From contig CAVRCI010000015.1 in assembly GCA_963719495.1 (NCBI GenBank), positions 1-64,000 of the forward strand: DNA of 64,000 nucleotides, read 5' to 3'. Positions 7,109-18,466 of this stretch are shown here, piece after piece (positions within the stretch are counted from its first letter, which is position 1; each line of letters opens with the position of its first letter). Below the pieces are notes generated by a model. The model was not told where the DNA came from, made no database searches, and saw only the letters and a list, made by a program, of their open reading frames with translations. This DNA is from an uncultured Verrucomicrobiae bacterium. Lineage in GTDB: Bacteria > Verrucomicrobiota > Verrucomicrobiia > Chthoniobacterales > JAATET01. The translations under genes were made by a program, and so were the position numbers.

Positions 7109-10100
7109 TCACTGACAGGCCTCGCATTCCTCGCCGTTCCGCATGGCTTCGATGCTGCAGGTGGTCTTTTCCTGTTCGGTGAATTCTTTTTTTCCTCCGG
7201 TGATGCCGCGGACCTCTTTTTTCTGGGTCGTGGTGGCCTTTTCGATGTTCGAGGCTTGGAGGGTCCGGAGGTAGTAGGTCGTTTTGAGGCCGACGTGCCA
7301 GGCTCGGCGATACATGTGGCTGAGGGTTTTTAGGTCGGGCTCCGGGAGGAAGAGGTTGACCGATTGGCTTTGGTCGATCCACTTCTGGCGGCGGGCTGCC
7401 GCGTCGATGAGGTAGTTGAACTCGATGGCGAAGGCGGTCTGGTGTTTGGCCTTGATCGCTTCCGGGATGCCTTCGATGTCGGCGAGTTCGCCGTCGAAAT
7501 ACTTGAGCTGATTCGCCATGTCGGCGGTCCAGAGGTCGGCGGCTTTGAGGTCGCGGACGAGTTGGGTATTGAGGACCGTGAATTCGCCGGAGAGGTTGCT
7601 CTTCACGAAGAGGTTCTTGTAGTTCGGCTCGATGCAGGGGGTGGTGCCCATGATGTTGCTGATCGTGGCCGTGGGCGCGATGGCGAGGACGTTGCTGTTG
7701 CGCATGCCTTGCTTGCGGATCTTTTCGCGGACGGGGGTCCAATCCATTTTGCCGGTGCGGGGAACGTCGATCTTGAGTCCGCGCTCGGTTTCGAGGAGGT
7801 CGACGGTGTCCTGCGGGAGGAGACCGCGGTCCCACTTGCTGCCCTTGTAGGTGGTGTAGGGGGCGCGCTCGGCGGCGAGGTCGCTGGAGGCCGAGTAGGC
7901 GTAGTAGGCGATGGCTTCCATGAACTCGTCGTTGAAATCGACGGCGTCGGCGCTGGCGAAGTTGACGTTCTTGCGGAAGAGGGCGTTTTGGAGGCCCATG
8001 ACGCCGAGGCCGATGGGGCGGTGGCGGAGGTTGGAGCGCTTGGCGGGCTCGGTCGGGTAGTAGTTGATGTCGATGACGTTATCGAGGGCGCGGACGGCGA
8101 CCGTGACGGTCTCGCGGAGCATTTCGAGGTCGAGTTCGCCGTCGGCGCCGATGTGGGTGTCGAGGACGACGGACCCGAGGTTGCAGACGGCGGTCTCGTC
8201 CTCGCTCGTGTTGAGCGTGATCTCGGTGCAGAGGTTGGAACTGTGAATGACGCCGGCGTGGTCCTGCGGGCTGCGGACGTTGCAGGGGTCTTTGAAGGTG
8301 ATCCACGGGTGGCCGGTCTCGAAGATCATCTTGAGCATGGCCTTCCAGAGTTCGACGGCGGGGATCGATTTGCCGTAGATTTTGCCTTCGGCGGCGAGGG
8401 CTTCGTAGTGGAGGTAGCGTTCCTCGAACTTGCGACCGTAGGTCTCGTGGAGGTCGGGGGTTTGGTTGGAACGGAAGAGGGTCCAGTCCTGCCGGGCCTC
8501 GAGGCGCTTCATGAACAGGTCGGGAATCCAGTTCGCCGTGTTCATGTCGTGGGTGCGGCGGCGTTCGTCGCCGGTGTTCTTGCGGAGTTCGAGGAAGTCG
8601 AGGATGTCGTTGTGCCAGGTCTCGAGGTAGGCGCAGCCGGAGCCGCGGCGCTTGCCGCCCTGGTTCACGGCGACGAGCTGGCCGTTGTGGAGTTTGAGGA
8701 ACGGGATGACGCCTTGGGATTCGCCGTTGGTGCCTTGGATGTAGCTGCCGGTGCCGCGGACGGAGGTCCAGGAGCCGCCGAGGCCGCCGGCCCACTTGCT
8801 GAGGTAGGCGTTTTCGGCGATGCCGCGCTGCATGATCGACTCGATGGAGTCGTCGATCTTGTAGAGGTAGCAGGAGCTGAGTTGGCTGTGGGGCGTGCCG
8901 CTGTTGAAGAGGGTGGGGGTGCTGCTGCAGAAGCGGCGGCCCTTGTAGAGGGTGTAGAGGCGGATGACCCAGTCCTCGCGGTCGGTGGGTTCTTCGATGA
9001 AGAGGCCCATGGCGACGCGGATCCAGAAGAATTGCGGGACCTCGATGCGGCGCTGGGTGGCTCCCGTTTTGTCGACGATGAGGTAGCGGTCATACATCGT
9101 CTGGACGCCGAGGTAGTCGAAATCGAGGTCGGACGACGGGTCGAGGGCGTCGGCGAGTTTTTCCAGATTGTAGGTGAGGAGCTTGGGGCTGAGGCGCTGG
9201 ATGGCGACGCCGTTGCGGAGGTAGCGCTTGAAGGCGGCGACGTGGGCGTCCTTGAGGCCTTCGATGCCGTCGCGGGTGATGCGCCAGTCGAGCGTCTCCT
9301 CGTAAATGTAAGAGAGGAGGATGCGGCCGGCGAATTTCGCGAAGTCGGCGTCGCGCTCCATGAGGGAGCGGGCGTTCATGATGACCGTTTTTTGCAGGCC
9401 GTCGGCGGTGATTTCGGAGCCGATGGAGCGGCGGAGTTCGCGCTCGATTTCGTTGGCGTCGAGGCAGAGGTCGAGGCCGATGGAGGCGAACTGGATGCGT
9501 TTCTTCAGCTCGGCGCCGTCCCAGAATTGGCTTTGGCCGTCGGCGGTTTTGACGACGACGAGGGAGTCCTGCTGGGCCTCGTCGGCGGTCGGGGTGGCGG
9601 GCGCGTCCTCGCGGAGGCGGGCGCGGTGGGCGCGGTAGAGGATGTAGGCCTCGGCGCCCTTGAAGTGGCCGCGGCGCATGAGTTCTTCCTGCACGAGATC
9701 CTGGACGTCTTCGATGTGGACGAAGGAGGTGTCGCTGGTGCGGACGCGGTCGCTGACGGCGCGGGCAACGGTGACGGCGGGCGCGGCGTCTTCGCGGATG
9801 TCGAGGAAGGCCTTGCGGATGGCGATCTCGATCTTGTCCTCGTTCCACGGGACGACGTTGCCGTTGCGGCGGATGAGGCGGGCGGTGACGGGGCGCTCGG
9901 TGCTGATGGTGAGCGCGGCGGCGCCGTTGTCGCTGCGGGCGGAGCGGGAGAAGACGAGGGATTTGGCGACGTCGTGGGCGTCGTTTTCGATGAGGGCTTT
10001 CTCGATGAGGAGCGAGAGGTCGTTCTCGGAGAGCTTGAGGGCGCGGCCGTCGGCGACCTGTTCCATGAGGCGCTCGGCGACGGTGTGGGCGACGTCGGCG

Positions 10101-10369
10101 ACGAGGCCGCGGTTGTCGTCGTTGAAAATGTCCTCCTGGTCGCGGGAGAGGAGGAGGTCGGTGAGGGCGTTGCCGATCTCGTCGGCGACGTCGGCGAGGT
10201 TGAAGCTGTGCTCCTCTTTTCCGTGGGTGACGAGGACGCCGGGGGATTCGAAGCTCTCGTCGGCGGGGGCGAGGGCTTCGCGCCAGGCGAAATCGGGCTT
10301 CTCACCGCGGGGGGTGGTGACGAGGCGTTTGAGGGCGATGTCTTCGTCGAGGGTGATGCGGCGTTGCAT
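7109..10369 (-). CDS. nrdA: Class I ribonucleotide reductase alpha subunit with three N-terminal ATP-cone-like domains
   Basis: STPTLFNSG, SSCYL, NQGGKR, SNLCTEI, IAPTATIS, TYYLR, C-terminal CEAC. Confidence 0.97.
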   Translation of the reverse strand: MQRRITLDEDIALKRLVTTPRGEKPDFAWREALAPADESFESPGVLVTHGKEEHSFNLADVADEIGNALTDLLLSRDQEDIFNDDNRGLVADVAHTVAERLMEQVADGRALKLSENDLSLLIEKALIENDAHDVAKSLVFSRSARSDNGAAALTISTERPVTARLIRRNGNVVPWNEDKIEIAIRKAFLDIREDAAPAVTVARAVSDRVRTSDTSFVHIEDVQDLVQEELMRRGHFKGAEAYILYRAHRARLREDAPATPTADEAQQDSLVVVKTADGQSQFWDGAELKKRIQFASIGLDLCLDANEIERELRRSIGSEITADGLQKTVIMNARSLMERDADFAKFAGRILLSYIYEETLDWRITRDGIEGLKDAHVAAFKRYLRNGVAIQRLSPKLLTYNLEKLADALDPSSDLDFDYLGVQTMYDRYLIVDKTGATQRRIEVPQFFWIRVAMGLFIEEPTDREDWVIRLYTLYKGRRFCSSTPTLFNSGTPHSQLSSCYLYKIDDSIESIMQRGIAENAYLSKWAGGLGGSWTSVRGTGSYIQGTNGESQGVIPFLKLHNGQLVAVNQGGKRRGSGCAYLETWHNDILDFLELRKNTGDERRRTHDMNTANWIPDLFMKRLEARQDWTLFRSNQTPDLHETYGRKFEERYLHYEALAAEGKIYGKSIPAVELWKAMLKMIFETGHPWITFKDPCNVRSPQDHAGVIHSSNLCTEITLNTSEDETAVCNLGSVVLDTHIGADGELDLEMLRETVTVAVRALDNVIDINYYPTEPAKRSNLRHRPIGLGVMGLQNALFRKNVNFASADAVDFNDEFMEAIAYYAYSASSDLAAERAPYTTYKGSKWDRGLLPQDTVDLLETERGLKIDVPRTGKMDWTPVREKIRKQGMRNSNVLAIAPTATISNIMGTTPCIEPNYKNLFVKSNLSGEFTVLNTQLVRDLKAADLWTADMANQLKYFDGELADIEGIPEAIKAKHQTAFAIEFNYLIDAAARRQKWIDQSQSVNLFLPEPDLKTLSHMYRRAWHVGLKTTYYLRTLQASNIEKATTTQKKEVRGITGGKKEFTEQEKTTCSIEAMRNGEECEACQ

Positions 10370-10509
10370 GGGTGGATGAGTTTTAAGGGTTAAGTTTTAA
10401 GAATTAAGTTGGTGGTTTTGGCGGTTGTCGGTGGGAATTTTGGTTTTTGGATCAAGCGGGTGGCTGCATTGCTTAATTCTTCAAAACTTAATTCTTAAAA
10501 CTCCTCTCT

Positions 10510-11595
10510 CTAGAGGTCGTCGTCCGACACGGCGGCTAGCGAGGAGGCCTTGCGGTATTCCGTTACCCGGCCTTCGAAGAAGTTCTGCTCTTTTTTGATG
10601 TCCATCATTTCCGCCAGCCAGGGGAGGGGGTTCTGGATGGGTTCGTTGAGGGGTTCGAGGCCGCAGCCTTCGAGGCGGCGGTCGCCGATGTAGTCGATGT
10701 AGGTGGTGAACTCGTCGACGGTGAGGCCGACGGCTCCGACCGGGAGGCAGTCGGCGATGAAGTCTTTTTCCAGGCGAACGGCTTCAGCCATCGTGGCGCG
10801 GAGGTCTTCGCGGAAGTCCTCGGTCCAGATGTCGGGGTTCTCTTCGATGAGGTCCATGAAGAGGTTGCGGAAGACTTCGATGTGATTGGACTCGTCGCGG
10901 AGCGTGTAGCGGAACATCTCGCCAATGCCGCGGAATTTGTTCTGCCGGTAGAGGGCGAGGATCATGCCGAAGAGGCCGTAGAACTGCGTGCCTTCCATGC
11001 ACTGGCCGAAGAGGAAGATGTTCTTGGCGAGGGCCTGCTTGTTTTCGGTGACGGTGAGGTCGCTGTCGCGGCGGAGGGCGCGGGAATTCGAGACGACGAA
11101 ATCGGTCTTGCGCTTGATCGTGGCGACGTCCTCGAACATGGCCTCGCAGTCGTGCGGGTTGATGCCGAGGGAACTGATCATGTAAACGAGCGAGTCGGCG
11201 TGGATGTTTTCCTCGTGGGCGTGGCGGCCGAGGACGAGCTTCAATTCCGGGGCGGTGACCACCTCGCGGACGACGTGGAGGACGTTGTCACCGACGATGC
11301 CCTCGGCGGCGGAGAAGTAGCCGATGCCCATCTTGATGATCCATTTTTCGATCTCCGGGATCGCGGCGTCGCGCCACTGCTCGCAATCGCGCTGCATGGG
11401 GACGTCCTCGGGCTCCCAGTGGTTGGCGCCCATGTTTTTGTAGAGGTCGTAGGCCCACTGGTATTTGAGCGGGAGAATGTTGAAAAACATGGTCTCGCGG
11501 CCGTTGATGACGCGCTTGGCGTTGTAGGCGGCTTCGGCCTTGGCGCTGTCGAGGTTGAAGGTGCGATCGCCGAGTTTGATTGTCGTGGTGGCCAT
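10510..11595 (-). CDS. nrdB: Ribonucleotide reductase beta subunit, class Ic (R2c)-like
   Basis: Ferritin-like EENIH and DESNH motifs, C-terminal NFFEGRVTEY; upstream of nrdA. Confidence 0.95.
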   Translation of the reverse strand: MATTTIKLGDRTFNLDSAKAEAAYNAKRVINGRETMFFNILPLKYQWAYDLYKNMGANHWEPEDVPMQRDCEQWRDAAIPEIEKWIIKMGIGYFSAAEGIVGDNVLHVVREVVTAPELKLVLGRHAHEENIHADSLVYMISSLGINPHDCEAMFEDVATIKRKTDFVVSNSRALRRDSDLTVTENKQALAKNIFLFGQCMEGTQFYGLFGMILALYRQNKFRGIGEMFRYTLRDESNHIEVFRNLFMDLIEENPDIWTEDFREDLRATMAEAVRLEKDFIADCLPVGAVGLTVDEFTTYIDYIGDRRLEGCGLEPLNEPIQNPLPWLAEMMDIKKEQNFFEGRVTEYRKASSLAAVSDDDL

Positions 11596-11783
11596 GTTTT
11601 TTTTACGTGGATTGGGCGGTGGTTGGGCGCGATTTGGGCGTAGCTAGAGTGTCGTGAAGTGGTCTGAAACTGTCTCTGGGGGAGGCAATTCTAGAGAGAT
11701 TTTGCCCGGAACTTCCTGATGGGCGAGACTCTCGCGGTCGGTAGCGAAGATGCGTCAGGAAGGCGGGGAGCGTCAACGAAAAA

Positions 11784-11830
11784 TCACGATAGGTTGTGGT
11801 TTTTGCACGGGCGACCACTACAGGTTGTGG
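11784..11830 (-). promoter_or_regulatory. Tandem NrdR boxes upstream of nrdBA
   Basis: 16-mers tcacgataggttgtgg (11784-11799) and ccactacaggttgtgg (11815-11830), starts 31 bp apart. Confidence 0.8.
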
Positions 11831-11833
11831 TTT

Positions 11834-11842
11834 TGTGGATAA
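11834..11842 (-). promoter_or_regulatory. DnaA box
   Basis: Perfect TTATCCACA on the minus strand next to the NrdR boxes. Confidence 0.55.
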
Positions 11843-12119
11843 GTTGTGAATTGGCAGGGGTTTAGGGACTGTTGCCTAGGACGGGGGGATTTGAAACCTT
11901 TTCGGCCCAAGTGAAGGGGTGGCTGGGTTTGGCGCACGGGGAAGTGGTGACGGGTATCTTGGATGCTCCGCCGGAGGCTTGGATGGGAGGTAGGGAAGCC
12001 GCGCCGCCGGGTTCCCATTTTTGGGGTTCCCGGTTGTGAGGTTTTTGCGGTTAGGGTCCGGTGGGTCGCGGGGTGAGGGGGGGCTTGGCGGGGCGTTTGG
12101 GTGGGTTCGGGGGCGTGTT

Positions 12120-12158
12120 GTGAAAGTCACGGCACCCGGGGCCCGGCTGCCCTACCTT
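12120..12158. repeat. GTAG-type REP-like palindrome, also near 62472-62510 and 62772-62810
   Basis: tgaaagtcacggcacccggggcccggctgccct(a/g)cct, three near-identical copies. Confidence 0.8.
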
Positions 12159-12252
12159 TTTGGTCGAGGGGGTGGCTGGCGCCACCAGGATACGGAAAAT
12201 CCCGCGGGGCTGGGGGCCTCGCGGGATTCTCCGGGTTGAGCTTTTAGTCGTT

Positions 12253-12687
12253 TTAGTAGGGGGCGGGGACGCTTACGTAGCCGCGGGGATCTTTGCGGTA
12301 GTAGTTGCCGCCGGAGTAGTAGTAGTCCGAGCCGCGGTAGGTGCGGGTGGTGTAGCCGGGAGGGAGGGTGGAGACGTAACCGGAACCGCGTGGGTCGACG
12401 ACGGCGCTGGTTGTGACATCCGGTGAGGCGACGACGGTGTAACCGCTTGGGCTGCGCGTGTAGTAGGTATCGCCGACGACGTAGTATTGGCTGCCGGACA
12501 CGGTGCGCGTCGTGTAACCGGTGGGGAGCGAGGTGGTGGTGTAACCTGGCTCGTAGGTCGTGACGGTCGTCGAACTCGACGTCGTGCCGACGGGATTGGT
12601 CTCGACGATGCGCTCGGTGACGCAGGCGGTGAGGGAGAAAGCGGCGACCGTGGTCGCGGTGAGGATGAGGGTGGTTGGTTTTGTCAT
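12253..12687 (-). CDS. Small lipoprotein with two LPxGYTTRT...YY..G..YY repeats
   Basis: Lipobox LTAC after MTKPTTLILTAT; internal duplication; hairpin just downstream (~12197-12231). Confidence 0.8.
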   Translation of the reverse strand: MTKPTTLILTATTVAAFSLTACVTERIVETNPVGTTSSSTTVTTYEPGYTTTSLPTGYTTRTVSGSQYYVVGDTYYTRSPSGYTVVASPDVTTSAVVDPRGSGYVSTLPPGYTTRTYRGSDYYYSGGNYYRKDPRGYVSVPAPY

Positions 12688-12862
12688 GGTGTTATTAGGG
12701 TTCGGATGACGGGGGGAGATTGGTCGGGTCGGGCGGCTTGGGACCGGAGAATGAGAATGCGGTTTCGAACAGAAGGTCGCGAAGGTCGCAAAGAATACAG
12801 GAAGAAAGGAATTCAGAATTCTTTCACCTCTTTGCGAACTTTGCGTTCTTCTGTTCAAAAAC

Positions 12863-15800
12863 TCACCGGCTCAACGCTTCTTTGAGGAACGGGGCGGTGT
12901 GGGATCTTTTGGCGGTGGCGACTTGTTCGGGGGTTCCGGCGGCCAGGATTTCTCCGCCTTTGGCTCCGGCTTCGGGGCCGACGTCGACCAGATAGTCGGC
13001 TTCCGCTACCACGTCCATGTGGTGTTCGATGACGACGACGGTGCCGCCTTCGTCGACCAGGCGGTGGAGGACTTTGATGAGATTCACCACGTCGGCGGTG
13101 TGGAGGCCGATAGTGGGTTCCTCCAACACGTAAAGGGTGCTTTTGCCCATGCGGGTCGTGCGAAGGGCTTCGGCTTTGGGGGTGGCCCTTCGTGCCAATT
13201 GGGTGACGAGTTTGATGCGTTGGGCTTCGCCGCCGGAGAGGGTGGGGCTGGCTTGGCCGAGTTGGAGGTAGCCGAGGCCGGTTTCGACCAGGAGATCGAG
13301 GGAGCGCTTGATCTTGGGGATGCTGGCGAAGAATTCGGCGGCTTGGTCGACGGTCATGGACATGACGTCGCCGATGGATTTGTCGTCGTAGAGGACCTCG
13401 AGGGTTTGGGCGTTGTAGCGCGCGCCGTGGCATTCCTCGCAGGGCATGTAGGTGGTGGGGAGGAAGGTCATTTCCAGCTTGATGACGCCCTGGCCCTGGC
13501 AGTTTTCGCAGCGGCCGCCTTCGTTGTTGAACGAGAAGCGCGAGGCCGTGTAGCCGCGCATGCGGGCGTCGGGGAGCTGGGCGTAGACCTTGCGGATCTC
13601 GTCGAGGACCTTGATGTAGGTCGCTGGGGTGGAGCGGGAGGTCTTGCCGATGGGGGATTGGTCGACCTCGAGGACGGCCCCGATTTTGTCGACGCCGTGG
13701 ACGCTGTCCCAATCCTCGGATCGGAGTTTGCGCTTGCCGCGCGTGAGTTCGGCTCGGACGGCGGGGACGAGAACGCCTCGGACGAGGGTCGACTTGCCGG
13801 AACCGGAGATCCCGGAGACGACGGTGAGGCGGTGGAGGGGGATGCGGACGTCGATTTCCTTGAGGTTGTGGCGACAGGCTCCTTTGACGGTGATCCAATC
13901 CTTGACCGTGTCGAGGGGGCGGCGGGGGCCGATCATCGGGTGGACGATGGGTGTGCGGAGGTATTTGGCGGTTAGGGATTCCTCGTTGGCCATGATCTCC
14001 TCGACGGTTCCGGCGGTGATGATCTGACCGCCGTTGCGGCCGGCTCGGGGTCCGAGGTCGATGATGTGGTCGGCGCGGCGCATGGTGTCCTCGTCGTGCT
14101 CGACGATGACGAGGGAGTTGCCGTTGCCGGCGAGTTTTTCGAGGGCTTCGAGGAGGCGGTGGTTGTCGCGGGGGTGGAGGCCGATGGTGGGTTCGTCGAG
14201 GACGTAGAGGACGCCGCGGAGATTCGAACCGAGCTGGGCGGCCAGGCGGATGCGCTGGCTTTCGCCGCCGGAGAGGGTTTTGGCGGAGCGATCGAGGCTG
14301 AGGTAGTCGAGGCCGACGATTTTGAGGAATTCGAGGCGCTGGGAGATTTCGGCGAGGATATCCTTGGCGATGCGGGCGTCGTTGGCTTGGAAGTCGAGTT
14401 GGCCGATGAGGGTGAGGGCGTCTTCGGCGGCGACGTGGATGAAGTCGGCGAGCGTCTGGCCGCTGACGTGGACGGCGCGGGAGACGTCGTTGATGCGGGC
14501 GCCGTCGCACTCGGGGCAGGGGCGGGATTCGTCGGATTCGGCGCGTTCGAAGGAGCGTTCTTCGGCGAGGTCGGCTTCGAGTTGGCTTTCGAATTCCTTG
14601 GAATTGGTGACGTTGGATTTCCAGATCTCGCCGAAGCCGCGGCAGAATTCGCACCAGCCGTGGGGGCTGTTGAAGCTGAACATCCGGGGGTCGAGTTGCT
14701 CGAACGAGCGGCTGCAACTCGGGCAGTTCATTTCGGTGCTGAGGATGTGGAATTTCTTCTTCTGATCGAGGATGCGGGCGGTGCCTTTGCCGACCTTGAG
14801 GGCGCGGCGGACGAGTTCCTCGGCTTTGGCGGGGTCGCCGGTGGGGACTTCGCCGACGAGGACGTCGATGGTGTGCTCCTTGAATCGCTCGAGCTTTTCG
14901 AAGCCGTCGACGGCGGTCATTTTTCCGTCGACGAGGAGGGTGGTGTAACCCTGTTTTTCGGCCCATTTGGCGACGTCGGTGTGGAAGCCTTTGCGGGCTT
15001 TCACGAGGGGGGCGAAAATTTTGAGGTTGTCGCTGCCGGCCATTTCGCGGACCTGCGTGGTGATGGCGCTGAGGGTCTGGTTGGTGACCGGGACGTGGCA
15101 GTCGGGGCAATGCTGGACGCCGACCTTGGCGAAGAGGAGGCGGAGAAAGTGGTAGGTCTCGGTGACGGTGGCGACCGTGGATTTGCCGCCGCCGCGGGTG
15201 ACGCGCTGCTCGATGGCGACGGAGGGCGGGAGGCCTTCGATGGAGTCGACTTCGGGCTTCTCGAGCTGGTCGACGAACTGGCGCGCGTAGGGCGACATGC
15301 TGTCGAGGAAGCGGCGCTGGCCTTCGGCGAAGAGGATGTCGAAGGCGAGCGTGGATTTGCCGCTGCCGCTCATGCCGGTGACGACGACCATTTTGTCGCG
15401 GGGGATGTCCACTGAGATGTTTTTCAAGTTGTGCTCTCTCGCACCCCGGACGCGGATCGATTTAGCTTCGGTTGAATTAGAAATTTGAAATGGGGAATGA
15501 GAAATGGTGAGGGCTTCGTCCCCATCGGCGCTCTGGCCGCTCGTGATTTCTAATTTCTCATTTCTAATTAAACATTTCTTCAGAAAGCGGCCGGTGTGGC
15601 TGGCTTCGACCTGGGCGACTTGTTCGGGGGTGCCTTCGGCTACCAGCTTGCCGCCTTCGTCGCCGCCTTCGGGGCCCAGGTCGACGACCCAGTCGGCGCA
15701 TTTGATGACGTCGAGGTTGTGTTCGATGACGAGGAGGCTGTTGCCCTCTTCGACCAGGCGTTGAAAGACTCCGAGGAGGCCCGCGACGTCGTCGATGTGG

Positions 15801-18466
15801 AGGCCGGTGGTGGGTTCGTCGAAGATGAGGAGGGCGGTCTCGTCGCGCTGCTCGACGAGGTGCTTGACCAGCTTGAGGCGCTGGGACTCGCCGCCGGAAA
15901 GGATGTTGAGCGGCTGGCCGAGGCAAAGGTAGTCGAGGCCGACGTCGGCCATGAGCTTGAGCGGGTCGACGATGGCGGCGTGCGGGTGGGTCGGGGGGGC
16001 TCCGGCGCGGCCGCGGGGGGATTTTTTTCCGGTCGGGAGATCGGTGAAGAAGGCGATGGCTTCTTTCACGGTCATTTCGAGGACCTCGATGATCGTTTTG
16101 CCGCCGACGTGGATTTTGAGGACCTGGGGTTGGTAGCGTTTGCCGTCGCACTCGGGGCAGCGGAGGTAGAGGTCGGAGAGGAATTGCATCTCGACCTTCT
16201 CGAAGCCGAGGCCGGCGCAGCGTTCGCAGCGGCCGTTGCCGGAATTGAACGAGAACGTGGACGGCGAGAATCCGGCTTGGATGGCTTCTTCGGTGCCGCC
16301 GAACAGAGCGCGGATCGCGTCGAACGCGCCGAGGTAGACGGCGGGGGTGGAGCGCGGGCTGCGGGCGAGGGGCGACTGGTCGACCATGACGATCTCGTCG
16401 ATGTCCTCGGCTCCGTCGACGCCCTTGCACTGGCCGGCTTGCTCCTGGTCATCGACACCTTCGCCGGTGATCTGGCGGTAGAGGACGTCGTGGATGAGGG
16501 TGGATTTGCCGGAGCCGGAGACGCCGGTCACGCAGCAGAAGACGCCGAGTGGGAGGCGGACGTCGAGATTCTGGATGTTGTGGTAGGTGACGCCTTCGAT
16601 CTCGATGAATTCGAGGGGTTCGCGGCGTTCGGTGGGGACCGGGATCGACTTGCGGCCTTGGAGGTAGTCCGCGGTTAGGGAATTGCGGATTGCGGATTGC
16701 GGATTGCGGATTTCTGAGAGTGGGCCGCTGTAGGCGAGTTTTCCGCCTTCTTTTCCTCGGCCGGGGCCGATGTCGACGAGGTGGTCGGCGGCTCGGATGA
16801 TGGATTCCTCGTGCTCGACGACGAGGAGGGTGTTGCCCTTGTCGCGGAGGGCGTGGATAATTTTCACCAAGCGGCCGGTGTCGCGGGGGTGGAGGCCGAC
16901 GCTGGGTTCGTCCATGACGAAGAGGGCGTTGACGAGGGAGGCGCCGAGGCAGGTCGTGAGGTTGACGCGTTCGATCTCGCCGCCGGAGAGGGACTTGGTC
17001 GGGCGGTCGAGGGAGAGGTAGCCGAGGCCGACTTCGGCGAGGTAGCCGAGGCGGGACGCGATCTGGGCGCGGAGGAGCTCGGAGCTCGGGTCGCCGGGTG
17101 GCATGGTGACGTCGGCGAAGAGCGGGATGAGCTTGTCGACGGAGGTGCGGGCGACCTCGGGGAGGGTGAGCTTCGTGGGGTGGAGGCGGTAGTTGAGCGT
17201 CTCGGGCTGGAAGCGTCCGCCGTCGCAAGTCGGGCAGGGTTGGTAGCTGCGGTAGCGGGCGAGGAAGACGCGGACGTGCATCTTGTAGGCCTTGGATTCC
17301 ATCCACTTGAAGAAGCCTTGGATGCCATACCAATCGCCGGAATCCCAAATTTCCTCGGAGCTGGTGTCGACGTCGCCTTCGCCTTCGATGACCCAGCGCT
17401 GATCGGCTTCGGGGAGGTCTTCGAAGGGGACGTGGAGGTCGATGTCGTTGCGGGAGGCGGCGCGGATAAGGTCGGACTGGCAATTTTTCGAATGGCCGGT
17501 CTGAAAGGGTTTGATGACGCCTTGGGCGAGCGAGAGCGACCGGTCGGGCATGACGCGGTTGAGGTCGATGCCCATGACCCGACCGAAGCCGCGGCAGGCG
17601 GGGCAGGCACCGAGCGGGTTGTTGAAGGTGAAGAGGCCGGGGGACGGGGGGCGGATGTCGAGATCGCAGTGGGCGCAGTGCCAGGTGGAGGAGTAGGGGT
17701 GATTGGTGACTGGTGACTGGTGATTGGTGGGGTTTGCGGCTCCGCCGCCGGGCTGGTAGATCGTTAGGCGGTTTTTTCCGAAGCGGAGGGCGGTCTCGAT
17801 GGCTTCGTTGAGGCGCGTTTGGTTGGCCTTTTTGACTTCGATCCGGTCCTGGATGACGTCGACGATGGGGGGGAGTTTTTTCTTGGGCGGGGCTTCGTCG
17901 GTGCGGTGGATTTCGCCGTGGAGGTAGACGCGGAGGTAGCCCTGGCCATTGAGAAATTCGAAAAAATTCTTGGGCGTGGAGGATTTGGCGTCGCCGATCG
18001 GGACGGGGAAGGTGACGAGGACGGTTTGATCGGCGTAGTCCTTGGCGACGGCTCGAGCGATGGATTGCGGGGTTTCCGGGGAGACCGGGCGGGCGCATTC
18101 GGGGCAGGTGGCCTTGGACGCGCGGGCGAAGAAGAGTTTCAGGTAGTCGTTGATCTCGGTGATCGTGCCGACGGTCGAGCGGGTGCTCTTGACGTGGTTG
18201 GCCTGCTCGATGGCGATGGCGGGCGGGATGCCTTCGATGGAGTCGGCCTGGGGCTTGTCCATGCGGTCGAGGAACTGCCGCGTGTAGGGGCTGAACGTCT
18301 CGACGTAGCGGCGCTGGCCCTCGGCGTAGATCGTGTCGAAGGCGAGGGAGCTCTTGCCGCTGCCGGAGGGGCCGGTGAGGACGATGAATTGACCGAGCGG
18401 AAGGTCGAGGTCGATGCCCTGCAGGTTATTCTGACGGGCGCCGCGGATACGGATGGTGTTTGGCAC
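12863..18466 (-). CDS. uvrA: Excinuclease ABC subunit A, double-length (two fused UvrA units)
   Basis: Four GxSGSGKS Walker A and four LSGGE signatures, Zn fingers, two IRxRGARxxNL starts. Confidence 0.96.
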   Translation of the reverse strand: MPNTIRIRGARQNNLQGIDLDLPLGQFIVLTGPSGSGKSSLAFDTIYAEGQRRYVETFSPYTRQFLDRMDKPQADSIEGIPPAIAIEQANHVKSTRSTVGTITEINDYLKLFFARASKATCPECARPVSPETPQSIARAVAKDYADQTVLVTFPVPIGDAKSSTPKNFFEFLNGQGYLRVYLHGEIHRTDEAPPKKKLPPIVDVIQDRIEVKKANQTRLNEAIETALRFGKNRLTIYQPGGGAANPTNHQSPVTNHPYSSTWHCAHCDLDIRPPSPGLFTFNNPLGACPACRGFGRVMGIDLNRVMPDRSLSLAQGVIKPFQTGHSKNCQSDLIRAASRNDIDLHVPFEDLPEADQRWVIEGEGDVDTSSEEIWDSGDWYGIQGFFKWMESKAYKMHVRVFLARYRSYQPCPTCDGGRFQPETLNYRLHPTKLTLPEVARTSVDKLIPLFADVTMPPGDPSSELLRAQIASRLGYLAEVGLGYLSLDRPTKSLSGGEIERVNLTTCLGASLVNALFVMDEPSVGLHPRDTGRLVKIIHALRDKGNTLLVVEHEESIIRAADHLVDIGPGRGKEGGKLAYSGPLSEIRNPQSAIRNSLTADYLQGRKSIPVPTERREPLEFIEIEGVTYHNIQNLDVRLPLGVFCCVTGVSGSGKSTLIHDVLYRQITGEGVDDQEQAGQCKGVDGAEDIDEIVMVDQSPLARSPRSTPAVYLGAFDAIRALFGGTEEAIQAGFSPSTFSFNSGNGRCERCAGLGFEKVEMQFLSDLYLRCPECDGKRYQPQVLKIHVGGKTIIEVLEMTVKEAIAFFTDLPTGKKSPRGRAGAPPTHPHAAIVDPLKLMADVGLDYLCLGQPLNILSGGESQRLKLVKHLVEQRDETALLIFDEPTTGLHIDDVAGLLGVFQRLVEEGNSLLVIEHNLDVIKCADWVVDLGPEGGDEGGKLVAEGTPEQVAQVEASHTGRFLKKCLIRNEKLEITSGQSADGDEALTISHSPFQISNSTEAKSIRVRGAREHNLKNISVDIPRDKMVVVTGMSGSGKSTLAFDILFAEGQRRFLDSMSPYARQFVDQLEKPEVDSIEGLPPSVAIEQRVTRGGGKSTVATVTETYHFLRLLFAKVGVQHCPDCHVPVTNQTLSAITTQVREMAGSDNLKIFAPLVKARKGFHTDVAKWAEKQGYTTLLVDGKMTAVDGFEKLERFKEHTIDVLVGEVPTGDPAKAEELVRRALKVGKGTARILDQKKKFHILSTEMNCPSCSRSFEQLDPRMFSFNSPHGWCEFCRGFGEIWKSNVTNSKEFESQLEADLAEERSFERAESDESRPCPECDGARINDVSRAVHVSGQTLADFIHVAAEDALTLIGQLDFQANDARIAKDILAEISQRLEFLKIVGLDYLSLDRSAKTLSGGESQRIRLAAQLGSNLRGVLYVLDEPTIGLHPRDNHRLLEALEKLAGNGNSLVIVEHDEDTMRRADHIIDLGPRAGRNGGQIITAGTVEEIMANEESLTAKYLRTPIVHPMIGPRRPLDTVKDWITVKGACRHNLKEIDVRIPLHRLTVVSGISGSGKSTLVRGVLVPAVRAELTRGKRKLRSEDWDSVHGVDKIGAVLEVDQSPIGKTSRSTPATYIKVLDEIRKVYAQLPDARMRGYTASRFSFNNEGGRCENCQGQGVIKLEMTFLPTTYMPCEECHGARYNAQTLEVLYDDKSIGDVMSMTVDQAAEFFASIPKIKRSLDLLVETGLGYLQLGQASPTLSGGEAQRIKLVTQLARRATPKAEALRTTRMGKSTLYVLEEPTIGLHTADVVNLIKVLHRLVDEGGTVVVIEHHMDVVAEADYLVDVGPEAGAKGGEILAAGTPEQVATAKRSHTAPFLKEALSR

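Noticed and set aside
7364..10393. 1009-aa plus-strand ORF, and similar long ORFs such as 42952-47310, 27117-29129 and 40916-42604
   Set aside because: Antisense shadows of well-supported genes, expected from GC-rich codon bias; no recognisable motifs.
12863..18466. Double-length UvrA as a novelty
   Set aside because: Tandem-fused UvrA is already known from Chlamydiae and related lineages.
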